Translations under genes and position numbers: made by a program
Virus record (IMG/VR): IMGVR_UViG_3300027815_000003
Location: 96,001 to 160,000 of that record
DNA: 64,000 nucleotides
Reading direction: 5' to 3' (one strand)
DNA from: a virus
Shown: positions 28,854 through 38,758 of the stretch, piece after piece
Numbering within the stretch: the stretch's first letter is position 1
Layout of the letters: every line of letters starts with the position of its first letter
The notes under the pieces: model-generated
What the model was told of the DNA's origin: nothing
Database searches by the model: none
What the model saw: the letters and a program-made list of their open reading frames with translations, nothing else

Positions 28854-29237
28854 TTATAAACGAGTTTTTTCAAAGTTATAAATTCTTCTTACTAAAACTT
28901 CAAATTCATCGGTTCCTTCTACAGTATTTTTATCAATTAATGGTGAATCAATATAAGATTTATAGCTTGTATTACCATTTTTAGTAAATGTAATTACGAA
29001 TACTTTATTTGGATGAGATGTATTGAATGCAATAGTAAGAGAATAAACACTATTTTTGGGTGTAAATCCGACTTCATTACAATTAATACAAGGCAAGGTT
29101 TCTGGTGCTAATCTATCCCCTCTTTGATTTAATTGATGAAAATGCCCAGCACCCTTGCAAGGGCCACAATAGTCTCTTATTATTTCATAATCTTTTATTT
29201 TAGCTATTTCCAATAACATTTGTTCTTTAGTTGGCAT
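28854..29237 (-). CDS. Zn-finger protein (DnaJ-like CxxCxGxG)
   Basis: CGPCKGAG...CINCNEVG. Confidence 0.55.
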   Translation of the reverse strand: MPTKEQMLLEIAKIKDYEIIRDYCGPCKGAGHFHQLNQRGDRLAPETLPCINCNEVGFTPKNSVYSLTIAFNTSHPNKVFVITFTKNGNTSYKSYIDSPLIDKNTVEGTDEFEVLVRRIYNFEKTRL

Positions 29238-29256
29238 TTTTTTCTCCTTATTTCTT

Positions 29257-29631
29257 TTAGGTATTAATTTCTAATAATTCTCTTAAGTTATTTTTAATAA
29301 TTAAGTCTTGTATAAATTTGTCTATAATATTTTTTAGTTCATCAGTTTTTACTGTTCTGGAATATTGAGATAAAAATAATATACAATTTGCCAAATCTGT
29401 TCTCATTGATTCTATTTTCTCTAATGAATATTCTTTTTCTTGTGAAATTGCCCAATTATAAAATAGTGCATCTAAAAGCTCTTCGTATTGATGTCTTACA
29501 GGTTCTCCTACAAAAGTTTTTCCATATTTTTTTATTCCAACCTCACGTCTTTCTATAAATTCTTTTGTTATATTATCTACAAATTCTTTTATATCTTTTT
29601 CGTCTATTTCACGCCAATTATTTATATTCAT
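29257..29631 (-). CDS. Putative all-alpha NTP pyrophosphohydrolase (MazG-like)
   Basis: RREVGIKKYG...EELLD; adjacent to the dUTPases. Confidence 0.4.
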   Translation of the reverse strand: MNINNWREIDEKDIKEFVDNITKEFIERREVGIKKYGKTFVGEPVRHQYEELLDALFYNWAISQEKEYSLEKIESMRTDLANCILFLSQYSRTVKTDELKNIIDKFIQDLIIKNNLRELLEINT

Positions 29632-30223
29632 ATTTTACGTTTTCATTTTTCTGAATAATTAATTGTGCTATTTTTCTTCCTTTTCTAAACTCAAAATAAT
29701 TTCCAACCATAGCGGTAACGTATAACATAATTTCCTGTTTACCGTAAATATATTTTGGAGAACCAACCATTATCGCTCCATTAGAAGCAACTTCATCATC
29801 TAAAGAAATAACTCCAAAATAACCATCTGGTATATCTATCATTATACCTGTTTTTGCTTGTGTTGTCAAACCATTATGTAATTCTATATCAGAAAGTAAA
29901 AATAAATCTAACCCTAATTTAGTTTCTTCTATTTTTGCATCTAGATTTAATCTTGTAATAGTAACTATATTTGATTTATTTCCCATTCGTAGGATCTCTG
30001 GAATTTGTATGGTATCTGGAATTATTTTAGTTAAATCATCTTCAAGTGTTGGTTTTGTCACCTGTACGATATTTGGATTTACGTCATTATTTAATAGATT
30101 ATTTATTAGTCCTGGGGCTATAATATTAACAATAACGTTATCTTGCTCTATAGATGTGTGTTTTTTATTTATATTATGACGTTCCAGACCATCATGTTCG
30201 TGCGTTGGGCTTCCTTTAGGCAT
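29618..30223 (-). CDS. Degenerate dUTPase-fold protein with N-terminal extension
   Basis: Keeps GLDL, TGI and IAQL; lacks RSS, the catalytic D of motif III and motif V. Confidence 0.65.
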   Translation of the reverse strand: MPKGSPTHEHDGLERHNINKKHTSIEQDNVIVNIIAPGLINNLLNNDVNPNIVQVTKPTLEDDLTKIIPDTIQIPEILRMGNKSNIVTITRLNLDAKIEETKLGLDLFLLSDIELHNGLTTQAKTGIMIDIPDGYFGVISLDDEVASNGAIMVGSPKYIYGKQEIMLYVTAMVGNYFEFRKGRKIAQLIIQKNENVKYEYK

Positions 30224-30680
30224 TTTTTACTCCTTCTTTCTTCTGTTCTATATATCCACCAGTAGATCCAAAACCTCCATTGCCCCTCTTTGTCTCTTGT
30301 AATTTATCTACTATTTTTATAGTAGAACTTATTTTGGGTGTTAATATCAGTTGTGCAATTTTTTCTCCCTTTTCAATCCTTTCTGTTACTAAAGAACTCC
30401 AATTCATTTTTATCGCTTGTATTAAAATTTCACCCGTATACGAGGGATCTACAGTCCCCTCAATAATGATTATTCCTTTCTTTTCCATAGAACTACTTCT
30501 CGGAACAATTCTAAAATAATAATCTGATGGTGGTGTTACATAAACACCAGTTCTAATTTTTACATAATGTAATCCATGTGTGAATTGTATTGGTTCATAG
30601 GCAAATAAATCCCATCCAACATCCTCCGTATTTTTTTCTGGTGCTTTTGCGCCGATATCTAATTTTAATTCAAATTCCAA
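30216..30680 (-). CDS. dut: Trimeric dUTPase
   Basis: All five motifs: GWDL, RSS, GTVDPSYTGE, AQL, RGNGGFGSTG. Confidence 0.9.
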   Translation of the reverse strand: MEFELKLDIGAKAPEKNTEDVGWDLFAYEPIQFTHGLHYVKIRTGVYVTPPSDYYFRIVPRSSSMEKKGIIIIEGTVDPSYTGEILIQAIKMNWSSLVTERIEKGEKIAQLILTPKISSTIKIVDKLQETKRGNGGFGSTGGYIEQKKEGVKNA

Positions 30681-30860
30681 CTATTTTCCCCTTTCTTTTA
30701 ATTTTTGTTTTGCTTTTTCTGTAAGTTCTTCTTTAATTAATTCCCCTAAATTACATTTACAAATAATAAAACCAGAAGTAGTAACACAATCATGTTCTCC
30801 CCAATCTGCTATTTGTAAATAAATAAATCCAGTATCTTGACACTCATTACATTTAAACAT
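30681..30860 (-). CDS. 59-aa Zn-ribbon protein
   Basis: MFKCNECQDTGF...CKC, read by hand. Confidence 0.5.
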   Translation of the reverse strand: MFKCNECQDTGFIYLQIADWGEHDCVTTSGFIICKCNLGELIKEELTEKAKQKLKERGK

Positions 30861-30862
30861 TT

Positions 30863-31300
30863 TTATAGTCCAGTTTCTATAATTTCACTTTTAGGTTTAT
30901 AAGGGAATGTTATATAAATACGACTATTTTTATTGGTATAAGTTCCACCATCTTTATCCCTAAAAATTTTGCCCTCTATATCATAAGGATTTAATCCATT
31001 TTCTTTGAAAACATGATAACATCTTTTGTTTTGAAAAACACCAGGCCCTATTTCATTCCATTCATTATCTTCCCCAGTAAGTGGAGTTAATGGCTCAAAC
31101 CTGGATAATTTTTCAAACAAAGAGACAGTCATAAAGGCAGAAGAGCCACTATGACATTCTTCAGAAAAAAGTCTAATTAATTTCATAACACTTTTACCTA
31201 ACTCACCATTATAATCTGAATCTTTTCTAAATAATCCCGCTGCTTCTAATTCTGATCTTGCATAATCTTCTAAATTACTCATTTTTATTTTCCTTTTCAT
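30863..31300 (-). CDS. Hypothetical phage protein
   Basis: ORF track; likely start MSNLEDYARSEL. Confidence 0.6.
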   Translation of the reverse strand: MKRKIKMSNLEDYARSELEAAGLFRKDSDYNGELGKSVMKLIRLFSEECHSGSSAFMTVSLFEKLSRFEPLTPLTGEDNEWNEIGPGVFQNKRCYHVFKENGLNPYDIEGKIFRDKDGGTYTNKNSRIYITFPYKPKSEIIETGL

Positions 31301-31411
31301 AATTACATACTTGACATTCTTTAATAAATTTTTTATGCCCCAAAGAAAAATGATGATATTTTAATAACATTGTTTCATGTTCTTTGGGGATTTTACCGCA
31401 TAAACAAATAT

Positions 31412-32077
31412 TTAATGCCAATCTTCTGTGTCCTTTAAAAATTCTCGTACTCTTTTATACCATTCTGGCATCCAAAGTTTCATTTCATCTAATGTAAAGT
31501 CAAGTTTCGCTGAATTAGCTCTAAAAGAACAAAATACTATATTCCCCTTTATATATCCTTTCTCTGGTATGATTTTATCTATTGTTATTCCGTCTTTTCT
31601 ATTATGGCCTTTACCATAATATATATTCATATCTATGTCTGTGTAGAAGCATTTCCCGTTTTGTTTATTATATTGTAATAATAAATCTTCTAAAGTTAAA
31701 TTGAAAGGTATATTTTTATTTTTACTTCTTCCTTTTATATTATATAGTCTAAAAAGCATATTTTTTTCTAAACTTTTATTTTTTCTGATATTTTGTATAT
31801 TAGTTTCACAAATATTGCAAATAGCTATAATATATCCTGTTGTTTTATTTAACTTAAAATTATTTAATGTTTTTAATAAATTACATTTTATACATTTTAC
31901 TTTCCCATTTATTATTTTTACTTCAAAAGTTTCAAATCTACTTTTTAATCCAGCATCCTTTAGTCTCCCATATATTGTTGAATATACCATATCATATTTA
32001 ATAGCTATTTGAGTAGGATTTAACCCATTTTCTATTTCTTCTTTTAATTGTTCTACAGTAATTTTTTGTTTAACCAT
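31412..32077 (-). CDS. Free-standing HNH endonuclease with N-terminal HTH
   Basis: CFYT...TIDKIIPEKGYIKGNIVFCSFRANSAK; start moved to MVKQK. Confidence 0.75.
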   Translation of the reverse strand: MVKQKITVEQLKEEIENGLNPTQIAIKYDMVYSTIYGRLKDAGLKSRFETFEVKIINGKVKCIKCNLLKTLNNFKLNKTTGYIIAICNICETNIQNIRKNKSLEKNMLFRLYNIKGRSKNKNIPFNLTLEDLLLQYNKQNGKCFYTDIDMNIYYGKGHNRKDGITIDKIIPEKGYIKGNIVFCSFRANSAKLDFTLDEMKLWMPEWYKRVREFLKDTEDWH

Positions 32078-32090
32078 AATATATATATAA

Positions 32091-33266
32091 TTAGTGTAAA
32101 TCAGTATTTGTATCGTCGAGTAAAAATTTATCTGACACAAATTTAAGAATTTTTCTTCCTATTTGCGGGGCAAACTCTTCTCTATAAGAACGTATAACAA
32201 TACCTTCACGTTCTGGTTGGGTTGTTTTACCATTACTATCTAATATTAAACTTGGCCCTTGACTTGTTTTATACAAGTCAATATCTTTTAATTTTCCTTT
32301 ATAAATAAATGGCACTTTTTGTATTTCTCTTTCTTTGCACCAAGTAAAGAAATCTTCTGTATTAAGCCATTTTCCATCAATCTTTACATCATAAGCATAA
32401 AAATCATACTCTTTTTCATCTTGTTTGCATCCATAAGTATAATGACTCTGCACATTATAACCAACTATTTCACCAAATAATTGTTCATTTGGCTTTAATT
32501 TATTTTTTATATTCAATTTATCTGCAATTAACTGATAAATATTTTTATCATAAAATATTTTATTTTTATTTTCTTTTCTATCTGTAAATTGCACGTTCCT
32601 GGAGCCAACAATAAATTGATATTTAGGTAATAATCCAAAAAATTTAATAATTTTTTTCCATAAATCCCATTTATTTATATATGTGGGAAGATAGGCCATC
32701 CGCGTAGAAGAGCCATGAACCTTCTCACTTAAATAAATTTCGTCTTCTGGTTGGAAAACATTTGGATATTTTTTATAATGTTCCAAATCAAGATATTTTG
32801 TAAAAAGAGGATGATTTTTTTTAGCAATTCTACCTTTCATCCCTTTAGAAATATGTTGTTCTGGTGGTTCAAATTTAGTTATCTCTAGTAAATTTGTTAC
32901 ATTTTCCCCAAATTTTTTCTTTGATAATGTTGGATAAAGTTTTTGTATCCCTTCGTCATTGAAAGGGATAATCATTCCTTGTGATAATGCCTGTTGTATT
33001 TTAATAGAACGTACACGAGATTTATTTAGTTTTATTTTAGAGTCTAATGGGAAAAGATAAGTTTCTAATTTTTCTGGCAATAAACTATCTATTGGTGTAT
33101 AAATAGCTAAATCTCCAACCTTATATTCACCTTTTCTTACAACAACTTGCCACCCCAAAATTCCATCTTTATTTTCAAATCTAACTAATTCTAGCCTTTC
33201 AACTTTAGGATTTGGATGATTTACAATCTCTTTAATTTTTACTATTTCTACTATTAAACTGGACAT
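32091..33266 (-). CDS. RNA ligase, DRB0094 family (N-terminal OB domain plus Rnl2-like core)
   Basis: N-terminal HPN...RLEL...WQVVVRKGEY; EKVHGSS motif I; REGIVIR; LKFVSDKFLL. Confidence 0.85.
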   Translation of the reverse strand: MSSLIVEIVKIKEIVNHPNPKVERLELVRFENKDGILGWQVVVRKGEYKVGDLAIYTPIDSLLPEKLETYLFPLDSKIKLNKSRVRSIKIQQALSQGMIIPFNDEGIQKLYPTLSKKKFGENVTNLLEITKFEPPEQHISKGMKGRIAKKNHPLFTKYLDLEHYKKYPNVFQPEDEIYLSEKVHGSSTRMAYLPTYINKWDLWKKIIKFFGLLPKYQFIVGSRNVQFTDRKENKNKIFYDKNIYQLIADKLNIKNKLKPNEQLFGEIVGYNVQSHYTYGCKQDEKEYDFYAYDVKIDGKWLNTEDFFTWCKEREIQKVPFIYKGKLKDIDLYKTSQGPSLILDSNGKTTQPEREGIVIRSYREEFAPQIGRKILKFVSDKFLLDDTNTDLH

Positions 33267-33298
33267 TACAATCCTTTCTTTTTTTTAGCCAATGTCAT

Positions 33299-33327
33299 AT
33301 TATAACACATTACCCATCTGTTGTCAA
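33299..33327 (-). promoter_or_regulatory. Consensus sigma70 promoter for the RNA ligase
   Basis: TTGACA-17 bp-TATAAT. Confidence 0.8.
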
Positions 33328-33334
33328 ATACCTA

Positions 33335-33577
33335 TTAAGTCTCAGAATAGGTAATATGTTTTATTTTCTTTAATATTTCTTCTGCATCTTCTGTTAATTG
33401 GTAACACTGAATAATATCATTTATTATTTTACTTTTTCTTTGAGCTTCATCTATTAAGTTATATGCCGTTACAACTAAATAAATAATTTCTTGTTTAGAT
33501 AAATTTTCTTTGTAGGAAAGTTCTTCAATCTCTATTCTTAAAGTTTGTGAATGTTTTATAAAATCATTATATTTCAT
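33335..33577 (-). CDS. Hypothetical protein
   Basis: ORF track; coupled run. Confidence 0.5.
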   Translation of the reverse strand: MKYNDFIKHSQTLRIEIEELSYKENLSKQEIIYLVVTAYNLIDEAQRKSKIINDIIQCYQLTEDAEEILKKIKHITYSET

Positions 33578-33929
33578 TAAACTTTTCTTTCATTTCTTTT
33601 ATTTTTTCTAAAAACATAGTATGGACTTCTGTAAAATATTCTTTGTGTCCTCCCATTTGCGAATTTCCCCATACATAATGATGTACTAGTTCGTGTATAA
33701 GAACCGCTAAATAACAAATATCATAAATAAATATCTTTTTTGTTTTAGGTAAATAAGCCCCATACCAATGTTTACTTTTACTAAATTTGACAATTACTTT
33801 TTCTAGTTCATATTCTAAACAATACCAATCGGCAATTTTCTGTGCTTCTTCTAGAGTAATAATTATATTCCAGAGATTATACTTTTTCTCTAGTTTGTAA
33901 TTTTCTTTAGTTACCCCAGAAGTTTTCAC
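33567..33929 (-). CDS. SprT-like metallopeptidase
   Basis: LIHELVHH...GHKEYF. Confidence 0.6.
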   Translation of the reverse strand: MKTSGVTKENYKLEKKYNLWNIIITLEEAQKIADWYCLEYELEKVIVKFSKSKHWYGAYLPKTKKIFIYDICYLAVLIHELVHHYVWGNSQMGGHKEYFTEVHTMFLEKIKEMKEKFNEI

Positions 33930-33942
33930 AAGATATACTCAC

Positions 33943-34164
33943 CTATTTTGTAAATAGTTTAGGTTTGGATTGTTGTTGTGCATTTTGTGGTAATGCAAGT
34001 TTTTGTTGCAATAACATTTGTGCTACTTGTGTCCCTACATTTTGTAATATTTCTTCCATATGTTCATCACAAAAAGTAGCACCTTCATAAATATATCCTG
34101 CTTCTTGTCTACAGATAATAGAATCTTTTATTCTTGGTTCCAGGATTTTGATACATTTTAACAT
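33943..34164 (-). CDS. Hypothetical protein
   Basis: ORF track; RBS present. Confidence 0.5.
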   Translation of the reverse strand: MLKCIKILEPRIKDSIICRQEAGYIYEGATFCDEHMEEILQNVGTQVAQMLLQQKLALPQNAQQQSKPKLFTK

Positions 34165-34183
34165 TATTTTATCTCTCTTTCTT

Positions 34184-34765
34184 TTAATAATTCCCTTGTA
34201 ACGGGATATTTTGTTCTAATGAAAATATCCTATAATATCTCTCAATTTTTTGATAAATTGGTAAACCTCTTTCCCATTTATCAATTATTTCTTGTTTTGT
34301 TGGTTTTCTAAATTCCCAATTTTTATAAATATCTTTTATACAAGATAACCAACATTCTTCCATTAATGGAATCCATCCTTCAAAATAACTATTGTGAGTC
34401 CTGTTATAAAACCAGGCTGATGGTGGAGAAATTGGAGGATTTTTAGAATCCCCATTTTCGTAATCTATTACTGCTTTTATCGGATTTGTATAATGACAGC
34501 ACCAAGCCGTAAAAATATCTGGATATTTTTCCTTAACCCCTTCTATCCCCTTATCTATATAATTAAATAATGATATGATTTCGCCTTTTGACGGTAAAAC
34601 ACAATCATTTATATATGTTAAAAATTCTCCATTTCTTGTCGTTTCATACCAAGCAAGAGTATTTCTAAGAATATTTTTTTGTTTATTAGACAAATTTATA
34701 TCGTATTCTACTAATTTATTAAAAACTATAGCTGGTAATGTTTCTCTTTTAAATTTTTTGTTCAT
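34184..34765 (-). CDS. Hypothetical protein
   Basis: ORF track, 193 aa. Confidence 0.55.
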   Translation of the reverse strand: MNKKFKRETLPAIVFNKLVEYDINLSNKQKNILRNTLAWYETTRNGEFLTYINDCVLPSKGEIISLFNYIDKGIEGVKEKYPDIFTAWCCHYTNPIKAVIDYENGDSKNPPISPPSAWFYNRTHNSYFEGWIPLMEECWLSCIKDIYKNWEFRKPTKQEIIDKWERGLPIYQKIERYYRIFSLEQNIPLQGNY

Positions 34766-34931
34766 ATAATTTATATACTATCTTTAATGCAGATTTTATA
34801 TTGTCTTTAGCAAACTCTTCATCCACCTTACATCCCTCACATTGATTTACACTACAATTACCAGTTCCTAATGCTGAAAGCGCATCATCTAATAATGATT
34901 CTAATTTTTCTATTTGTTCTTTTTGTATCAT
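34749..34931 (-). CDS. Hypothetical protein
   Basis: ORF track, 60 aa with CxxxxCxxC. Confidence 0.45.
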   Translation of the reverse strand: MIQKEQIEKLESLLDDALSALGTGNCSVNQCEGCKVDEEFAKDNIKSALKIVYKLYEQKI

Positions 34932-34932
34932 A

Positions 34933-35403
34933 TTATTTTTTCTTTTTTAATTCTCCAAAAATAACATTAATGGCATTATCTTTCCCGTTTACAAAATCTT
35001 TTAGTGCTGTATCTTTATATTTTATCAACGCTTGTTTTAAATCATCAATTGTAAATGAACTATTACTTTCATGGCCTTCTATTAATTGGCACGGGATCCT
35101 TGCGTTTTCTATATGTTTAAAGGGTTCTATCAACTGTTGATGTAAATATAATTGCTCTATAGTCCTGAGTTCATTTGATTTTATTTTATGATATTTGGCC
35201 CAGTCTTGAAGAAAATAATTTTCTCTTTGAAAATTACTTTTACTTCTATATCCTATTTCTCCATTAGGAAATTTTACGACAACAGATAAATCATCTTCTT
35301 CTATTATCTTTTCACCACATTCTTCTATATGAAGATAAAAATATTTTAAATCATCGTCTTTATATTTTTCCATATATTCGGTAAATGTCTTATAATCTTC
35401 CAT
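34933..35403 (-). CDS. Hypothetical protein
   Basis: ORF track, 156 aa. Confidence 0.55.
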   Translation of the reverse strand: MEDYKTFTEYMEKYKDDDLKYFYLHIEECGEKIIEEDDLSVVVKFPNGEIGYRSKSNFQRENYFLQDWAKYHKIKSNELRTIEQLYLHQQLIEPFKHIENARIPCQLIEGHESNSSFTIDDLKQALIKYKDTALKDFVNGKDNAINVIFGELKKKK

Positions 35404-35404
35404 A

Positions 35405-36310
35405 TTAAAAATCTCCAGAAGCTAATTGATATGTTTTTAGTCCTAAAGATCTCCAGCATTTTTCAACGACGGAAGAACGATCGTCCAAAACAAGATTAGT
35501 AAAATAAAAAGGCAATATATCATTTCTAAAAATTTCCTCTTTTACAACATAATCCTTTCTATGATCTCCAGATTTTCTCATAAATAATTTTTCAAATGGA
35601 ATTTCATTTATTTTTAACCATATTTCTGAATCTTCTCTACACACATCTGTTCGTCCAGAACAAATAATAATCTTATATCCAGAATTATAATAAAGTAAAA
35701 CAGTTTCTTTTACATTTTCATCTACTTTATCTTCTAATACTTTTGTTTCATCATATGGACTTCTTTCTTGATGTATGGCTAGAGAACCATCCAAATCGCA
35801 GATTATAGCTTTAGGTAAAGATATATCTTGTATTACCTTTTTATTTGGTAGTGGTTTTAGAATAAAAGGTACGTTTTTATTGTATCTTTCAACCATATCT
35901 TTTATTACTTTTTCTGGGACTTTTGGTTGTCCTATTCTTTTCTCATTACGTTCTAGTGCTTCTTTTAGTGTAATTGGAAAATATTTTAGGACTACCTCTA
36001 CATTATCGTTATAAAGAGTATTATGTTCCTCTACCACTTCTCTTATTTCATTTATATATTCCATCTTTAAATGAGTAGCGTCGTTTATTACTGAATAATG
36101 ATGTGAAAGGGCTTTAGAGATACATTCTTTTTCTATTTCAGAAATAAATTCTTCATTTTTGTTATTGATAATATAATTATCAAACATCAATCTTAAAGAA
36201 TCCCGATTAACAATTTTCCATTTCCCTGGTTCTTTTTGTAATAGTTCTTTTGCCCAAGTAGATTTACCTGCAAGTGGTGCGCCTATGGTTATAATTAGTT
36301 TGTTATTCAT
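35405..36310 (-). CDS. pseT: Polynucleotide kinase/3'-phosphatase (T4 PseT-like)
   Basis: P-loop GAPLAGKST and RD motif, plus C-terminal HAD DLDGSL...SGR...DDR. Confidence 0.9.
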   Translation of the reverse strand: MNNKLIITIGAPLAGKSTWAKELLQKEPGKWKIVNRDSLRLMFDNYIINNKNEEFISEIEKECISKALSHHYSVINDATHLKMEYINEIREVVEEHNTLYNDNVEVVLKYFPITLKEALERNEKRIGQPKVPEKVIKDMVERYNKNVPFILKPLPNKKVIQDISLPKAIICDLDGSLAIHQERSPYDETKVLEDKVDENVKETVLLYYNSGYKIIICSGRTDVCREDSEIWLKINEIPFEKLFMRKSGDHRKDYVVKEEIFRNDILPFYFTNLVLDDRSSVVEKCWRSLGLKTYQLASGDF

Positions 36311-36521
36311 TTATTTTTTCTATAATAATTTTATTCGAACCGCAAAAAGAGCAATATTCGGGGAACATATATAAAAACTTTAAAAGTAACCCAGGTTTAT
36401 GAACAATAAATTCTTTATTACAGTTATTGCATAATATTGCCCATTTTATCTCACCAATTGGGAAATTTATACTCCATAATTTCATGTTAGCTTTCCTTTC
36501 TTTTATTTTTATATTCTTCAA
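36303..36521 (-). CDS. Zn-ribbon protein
   Basis: CNNC...CSFCGS. Confidence 0.5.
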   Translation of the reverse strand: MKNIKIKERKANMKLWSINFPIGEIKWAILCNNCNKEFIVHKPGLLLKFLYMFPEYCSFCGSNKIIIEKINE

Positions 36522-36993
36522 GAGATGGGAATCCAGCTAATTCTGAACCATATAAAATAAAAGCGTATTGATATTTCTTTTTTGCCTCTTCGTATCGTTC
36601 TCTCAATTTTTCATTATAATCATCTTTTACCCAATGATAATTGGAACAACTACAGTTTTTATAATTTCCTAAAATATCAAATGTCCCACTTTGTAATAAA
36701 ATCTGCAATACCATTTGTGTCTCTTTATGAATAGAAAAACATTTTTCTCTTAAACTGTTTGATATTTCTTCATCTGTATTAATCTCCCATCCTAAAATTT
36801 CATATATGTCTATCGCCACAGATGAATTACCATAAGGTCTTTTTGGGTCTATTTCTGGCGCTCCATATTCAGAATCTTGCCATCCGACATACATTCTTTT
36901 TAGTAATTTTAGATGATCTTCTGTAATTGTAAATTTCTTTATCTTTAGACAAGTACATTTATTGGTCATTCCAATATCCCTGTCCCTGCCCAT
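36487..36993 (-). CDS. Hypothetical phage protein
   Basis: ORF track; GAPEIDPKRPYGNS motif. Confidence 0.55.
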   Translation of the reverse strand: MGRDRDIGMTNKCTCLKIKKFTITEDHLKLLKRMYVGWQDSEYGAPEIDPKRPYGNSSVAIDIYEILGWEINTDEEISNSLREKCFSIHKETQMVLQILLQSGTFDILGNYKNCSCSNYHWVKDDYNEKLRERYEEAKKKYQYAFILYGSELAGFPSLEEYKNKRKES

Positions 36994-37193
36994 ATTTTTC
37001 TATGTCTTTCTTCTAAATTTTTTTCAAAGTTTATACATGCCTTTTCTAATGTTTCCCCTTCACCAGATATCCTACAGTCATAATCTGTTATTAATACTCC
37101 TCCATCCTCAGAGGAAATAAAAATAAGTTGTGTATCTGCATCTTCCCAATAAGTATGTTTACTAAGCCATTGTTCAAAATTAAATTTGTCCAT
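36966..37193 (-). CDS. Hypothetical protein
   Basis: ORF track. Confidence 0.5.
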   Translation of the reverse strand: MDKFNFEQWLSKHTYWEDADTQLIFISSEDGGVLITDYDCRISGEGETLEKACINFEKNLEERHRKIWAGTGILE

Positions 37194-37197
37194 TATA

Positions 37198-37464
37198 TTA
37201 TCTTTCTTTCCATTCTTCTATTTCTTTATCTGTTGCCCACCTATGAATTGTTGCACCAATTCCCCATCCCTTGTTAGTCGGGAAAATCATTAGTTGATAT
37301 ACTTTTATATATTTATCAAAAAATGGGAAAAGAACTGGTTTGCCAATTAGTCTTGCTAATATCCATAAAAATCCTACTGAAAGAGAGAACAATAAAAGTA
37401 TTCCACCTAAAATAGAGAATGTCCATATTAAACCATATCCTAATATGTAAGCTAAATCGTTCAT
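37198..37464 (-). CDS. Membrane protein
   Basis: Long N-terminal hydrophobic segment. Confidence 0.5.
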   Translation of the reverse strand: MNDLAYILGYGLIWTFSILGGILLLFSLSVGFLWILARLIGKPVLFPFFDKYIKVYQLMIFPTNKGWGIGATIHRWATDKEIEEWKER

Positions 37465-37533
37465 TATATTTCTAATTTTCTCCTTGTTTCACCAATTCCA
37501 AAAGTATTTACAAACTCTTCATAAGTTATTTCT

Positions 37534-37905
37534 TTATTTTTTATTATTTTTTCTTATAAATTCTTTTGCTTCTTTTTTGTTCATTCCCGATACTAAACAA
37601 CTAAAAAAGATATCATTATATAAAGATAATTGCCATATTTTCATCCAGGGGACACCTTTCCCACTTTTTATTTCTTTTTCAATATTTCTATATTCTTCTC
37701 CACTATCTATTTTTTCTATAATATGTAATGGTGGAGCAAAATTAAGTTGAAATTTTGCTAATTCCTTTTGATTATTTTTATAGCATTCATCACGTTTTAT
37801 AGCTTCATCTGCTGTATTAAATAATTGTCCATCTATACTTTGGAAATATGTTTTCTCTTTTTCTTCATAAATCGGAATTTTTTCTTTTACTACAATTTCT
37901 TTCAT
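37534..37905 (-). CDS. Hypothetical protein
   Basis: YFQSIDGQLFNTADEA motif shared with 41128 and 54457 ORFs. Confidence 0.5.
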   Translation of the reverse strand: MKEIVVKEKIPIYEEKEKTYFQSIDGQLFNTADEAIKRDECYKNNQKELAKFQLNFAPPLHIIEKIDSGEEYRNIEKEIKSGKGVPWMKIWQLSLYNDIFFSCLVSGMNKKEAKEFIRKNNKK

Positions 37906-38738
37906 TATATATTTATCTTTCTTTTTGTCTCTCCAATACCAAAAGCATTGATAAATTCTTCATAGGTTATTTCTTTTTCTTTTCCATTACTTATATATTT
38001 TACATATTTAATAACAATATTTTTATCTACTTTATAAAAAACATCTATTACTTTTATCGCAGTATTAATAGAAGTAAATATATTATCTTGTAAAGCCTTT
38101 TTTAATACTAATACTTCTTCATCTAGTTTTTCGTAATCAATATCAGTTTTTGGTGTCTCGTTATATACTCCCCCATTTTCGTCTTTTAGTAGTGTTTCTG
38201 ATAAAGAAGATAATTTTTGTCCGAATTCGTCTTCTTTTTGTTGTGCAACTCTTTTCGGTACTACAATTTGTTTTTGATATTTTTCTGGTTCAATTTGTTG
38301 TGGGAAATAGATATTACCAGATGCATCTTTTTTATAAACAGAGGAAATAACCATCTCTTTTAACTCTTCTTTTGTATATTCCCCTTTTATTATTTCTTGG
38401 TCTTTAGTAGACATCATTTCTTTCATTTTATCCTTACCGTATATTTCTCCTAAAGCCCAGAATACTTTTGCCTGTGTATCAAAAAATATGTTAGTGGGTA
38501 ACTGATCTGAAAAGAGATTTTCTAAATAAGTATAATCATTTTCTAGTTTTTTTACTTTATAATAAAATTCTTCATTTACATCTTGTAATGAAAGGAAATA
38601 AAGCTGATTATAGAAATTTTCTGCATCTTTGGCTAATTTCTTTTCTTCTTCTGTTCTTTCACGTTCTAATAAAAATTTTTCTATGCTTTGTATCCGCATG
38701 TAACTAACCATCCTCTCTAAACTATTACCATTATACAA
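37905..38738 (-). CDS. Hypothetical protein with its own promoter
   Basis: ORF track; real start probably MVSY or MRIQ, downstream of the promoter. Confidence 0.6.
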   Translation of the reverse strand: MYNGNSLERMVSYMRIQSIEKFLLERERTEEEKKLAKDAENFYNQLYFLSLQDVNEEFYYKVKKLENDYTYLENLFSDQLPTNIFFDTQAKVFWALGEIYGKDKMKEMMSTKDQEIIKGEYTKEELKEMVISSVYKKDASGNIYFPQQIEPEKYQKQIVVPKRVAQQKEDEFGQKLSSLSETLLKDENGGVYNETPKTDIDYEKLDEEVLVLKKALQDNIFTSINTAIKVIDVFYKVDKNIVIKYVKYISNGKEKEITYEEFINAFGIGETKRKINI

Positions 38739-38758
38739 TATCTTATCTCTCTTGTCAA
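38730..38758 (-). promoter_or_regulatory. Consensus sigma70 promoter
   Basis: TTGACA-17 bp-TATAAT. Confidence 0.8.

Noticed and set aside
31412-33266. Group I intron carrying the HNH inside the RNA ligase
   Set aside because: The ligase ORF is continuous and complete. The HNH most likely starts at 32077, after the ligase stop, so it is free-standing.
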